A stretch of DNA of 33,000 bases from Octopus sinensis (taxonomy: Eukaryota), in the NCBI RefSeq assembly GCF_006345805.1, contig NC_042997.1:199299001-199332000 (forward strand), written 5' to 3'. Within the stretch, counting starts at the first letter, position 1. Each line of letters opens with the position of its first letter. Shown piece after piece: positions 30,448 to 33,000 of this stretch. The notes under the pieces were generated by a model. The model was not told where the DNA came from and did not search any database. It was given only the letters and a program-made list of their open reading frames with translations. A program made the translations under genes and the position numbers.

Positions 30448-30690
30448 AAAAAAAAAATCTGAGGTTGATGTATTTGACTAAAAATTCTTCAAGGCAATGC
30501 CCCAGCATGGCCACAGTTAACTGAAACAAGTAACAGATAAAATAATATGGGTAATGTATCACTGCACAAAATTACCTCTTAATTGTTTGGAATTAATTAA
30601 TCTCTTAATTTTGCTCACAACATAATGTGGTGTGTAAAATGTCAACTCAGTAAAAGGTTGACCACAGTGCTATGCATAGCACCTTGGTCA
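30448..30690 (+). repeat. Local duplicon X3 (copy of X2)
   Basis: 3 differences from the reverse complement of X2 in about 200 bp; shares the X2-specific junction aaaggttgacca..gtgctatgcatag. Confidence 0.95.
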
Positions 30691-30778
30691 CGTCTTTTCT
30701 GCTGTTGTCTCAGGCAGAGCAAACCCTTGTGAATAGATATAGCAGACAGTAGTGGACAGAAACTGAAAGAAGCTCATC

Positions 30779-30885
30779 ATTTCCAGACATTTGTACATTA
30801 CTGCATATTTTTTATGCGCACTTTTGACAAATTGTGGTGCACCTGAGCACTGTATACAATAATTTCATTATTATTATTATTATTT
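30779..30885 (+). mobile_element. CR1 3' UTR end with (ATT)n tail
   Basis: tttccagacatttgtacattactgc...gtggtgcacctgagcactgtatacaataatttc(att)n. Confidence 0.85.
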
Positions 30886-31710
30886 ATTTATTCAAACTAT
30901 GAAATAATGTTAACTTTAGATAGAAGAGTTTCTTTTCAAAATTAATCTGTAAAGATGTAATTTTTGTTTAATAGAGAAAGTCTTATGTATCGCACCATCC
31001 TACATACATTTGTTTGCAGATATGGAAATACCAACTCATAAACTTCCAAAAATACCTGCTGACTCATCCATAGAACACAGTGCTATTTTGTCATCACACA
31101 TTACAAGACTCTGTACTGAACACCTCCATTGTCTCTTGTTTTAATGTTCCCTAATAACACAGGCATTGCATACATCCCACACACTTGCAATATTGGGATA
31201 AATATAGTTATACAGATGAGTGTAGATAACAGAAATTGACAAATGCAGGTTTAACTTACGATCCATTAAATTTTGATACTATTCAAATCATATATGTTAC
31301 ACTCCATATATTACCTCTTCCTGCAAAAAAAAGCACACGTTCTACCTTAAACTATTGTAAACATCTTTTACCTGAGTTTTCCTGTGTCTAGTGGCAGAAG
31401 CATTAGTGAGCATTTATGTAGCTAAGCCTAAGCAAGAATTATATAGCTTAGTTTAAACTATCAAATTTGTGTAGATTGAAATTGGTTGTAAATAAAAACA
31501 CTTTCTTTTTTTTCTCACATTTATTCAATAATTAAAATGCATGTTGTTTTGCAAACAGACTTGTTTCTCGTTATTTTGTAATCTGTAATGAATATGAACA
31601 AATAGACTGTCTTTATATTTAATGTGTATATTGCAACAGAAGCATTTCTCATTTCCATCTGCAATATCGAAAACTTGAATTCTTGTTCACTGTACAGTGC
31701 TCCAGTTCCA

Positions 31711-32335
31711 GTTCTTATTCTTTTACTTGTTTCAGTCATTTGACTGTGGCCAGGCTGGAGCACTGCCTTTAGTCGAACAACTTGATCACCAGGACTTATT
31801 CTTTATAAGTCTAGTACTTATTCTATTGGTCTCTTTTGTCGTACTGCTAAGTTACGGGGATGTAAACACACCAGCATCGGTTGTCAAGCGATGATAGGGA
31901 GACAAACATACACACACATATTCAATGGGCTTCTTTCAGTTTCCATCTACCAAATCCACTCGCAAGGCTTTGGTCAGCCCAATGCTATAGTAGAAGACAC
32001 TTACCCAAAGTGTCATGTAGTGGGACTGAACCCGGAACTATGTGGTTGGGAAGGAATCTTCTTATTTCTTTATTACCCACAAGGGGCTAAACATAGAGGG
32101 GACAAACAAGGACAGACAAAAGGAATAAAGTTGATTACATTGACCCCAGTTTGTAACTGGTACTTAATTTATCAACCCCAAAAGAATGAAAGGCAAAGTT
32201 GACCTCGGCGGAATTTGAACTCAGAATGTAATGGCAGACAAAATACCGCTAAACATTTCACCCAGCGTGCTAACGTTTCTGCCAGCTCGCCTCTGGGAAG
32301 CAATCTTCTTACCACACAGCCACACCTGCACCTAA
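31711..32335 (-). mobile_element. SINE family 1 interrupted by a family 2 SINE
   Basis: Family 1 antisense pattern at 31711-32063, resuming at 32311. Confidence 0.9.
32064..32294 (-). mobile_element. SINE family 2 monomer with 16-bp TSD
   Basis: GGGAAGGAATCTTCTT (32048-32063) and GGGAAGCAATCTTCTT (32295-32310). Confidence 0.92.
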
Positions 32336-32482
32336 GTAAATTTATATACTGATAGAGTTTATTTAAAGCTAAGTTGTCTGGACCAACAACATCTAATTAT
32401 ATTGATCTTGCTTTCTCTTTTCTATGCAAATACATGCATTTATTATACACATACACCAAGTCTGAATATATTCTAAGATTAT

Positions 32483-32725
32483 AGGCTTGTGGCTAAGTGG
32501 TTGGCGTATTTAGCTCATGAGGTTAATACCTGGCAGTGTGGCGTGTTCTTGAGCAAGACACTTTATTTCAAAGGGCCACATTCTGTGTCATGCTGAATCT
32601 CACCGAGAACTTCATTAAGGGGATGTGTGTCTGTGGAGTGTTCAGCCACTTGAATTTTAATTTCATGAGGAGGCTGTTCTGTTGGTGGGATCAACAGGAA
32701 CCCTCATTATTGTAACCAACAGAAG
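32483..32725 (+). mobile_element. Old tRNA-headed SINE with Deu/Nin-like central segment
   Basis: gtggctaagtggtt head, cttgagcaagacactt, gtctgtggagtgttcagccactt...ttaatttcatgag. The family assignment is from memory only. Confidence 0.5.
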
Positions 32726-32744
32726 GCCAGTTAGTTAATAAACA

Positions 32745-33000
32745 CAGATGTCAGTGTGTACACATGACAGAGTGTAAGAACCCTGAGAGAAATGTTAGTC
32801 ATAAGAAGCATCAGATGTGGCATGCAAGAGAGATATTAGTATTGGTATGGTCATATACTGCGGATGGACGAGGAGAGCTGTGTGAAGAAGTGCCACTCCC
32901 AAACAGAGGAAGGAATCCGGGGTACAGGGAGACCCAGGAAGACATTGGATGAGGTGGTGAAGCATGACCTTCGAACGTTGGGCCTCACAGAGACAATGAC
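32745..33000 (+). mobile_element. Decayed RTE-clade LINE ORF C-terminus (runs off the window)
   Basis: QSVRTLREMLVIRSIRCGMQERY*YWYGHILRMDEESCVKKC...GTGRPRKTLDEVVKHDLRTLGLTE contains the WYGH..RM and GRPRKT RTE motifs. Confidence 0.9.

Noticed and set aside
31260-31320. Minus-strand segment with strong acceptor and GTAAGT donor
   Set aside because: Stops in all three frames; such site pairs are expected by chance in AT-rich DNA.

Overview
AT-rich, repeat-dense eukaryotic genomic DNA. The SINE families look like those I recall from Octopus (coleoid cephalopod); this is pattern recognition, not a database result. Most of the window is made of repeats: at least four tRNA-headed SINE families, RTE-tailed non-autonomous elements, decayed RTE, CR1 and Penelope-like (GIY-YIG) fragments, non-autonomous Helitrons, piggyBac- and hAT-type MITEs, and microsatellites. 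Almost all ORFs in the supplied track are artefacts of these repeats. No host gene can be called with confidence. Several small minus-strand exon candidates exist; three of them (23262-23284, 22301-22368, 21883-21932) join in phase into a leucine-rich-repeat-like peptide. Two CpG-enriched unique patches (about 22.0-22.6 kb and 27.2-27.6 kb) may be gene 5' ends. The most interesting observations are: (1) a tRNA-headed short element carrying a minimal, Penelope-type hammerhead ribozyme in its tail, with two copies, one flanked by a 17-bp direct repeat; (2) an ~80-bp fold-back whose mismatches are almost all G-U compatible on one strand; (3) a locally templated duplication chain (17.4 kb, 18.7 kb, 30.4 kb) with fold-back junctions and an abrupt switch from ~13% to 0% divergence; (4) an exact 210-bp tandem duplication containing a candidate 23-nt micro-exon.
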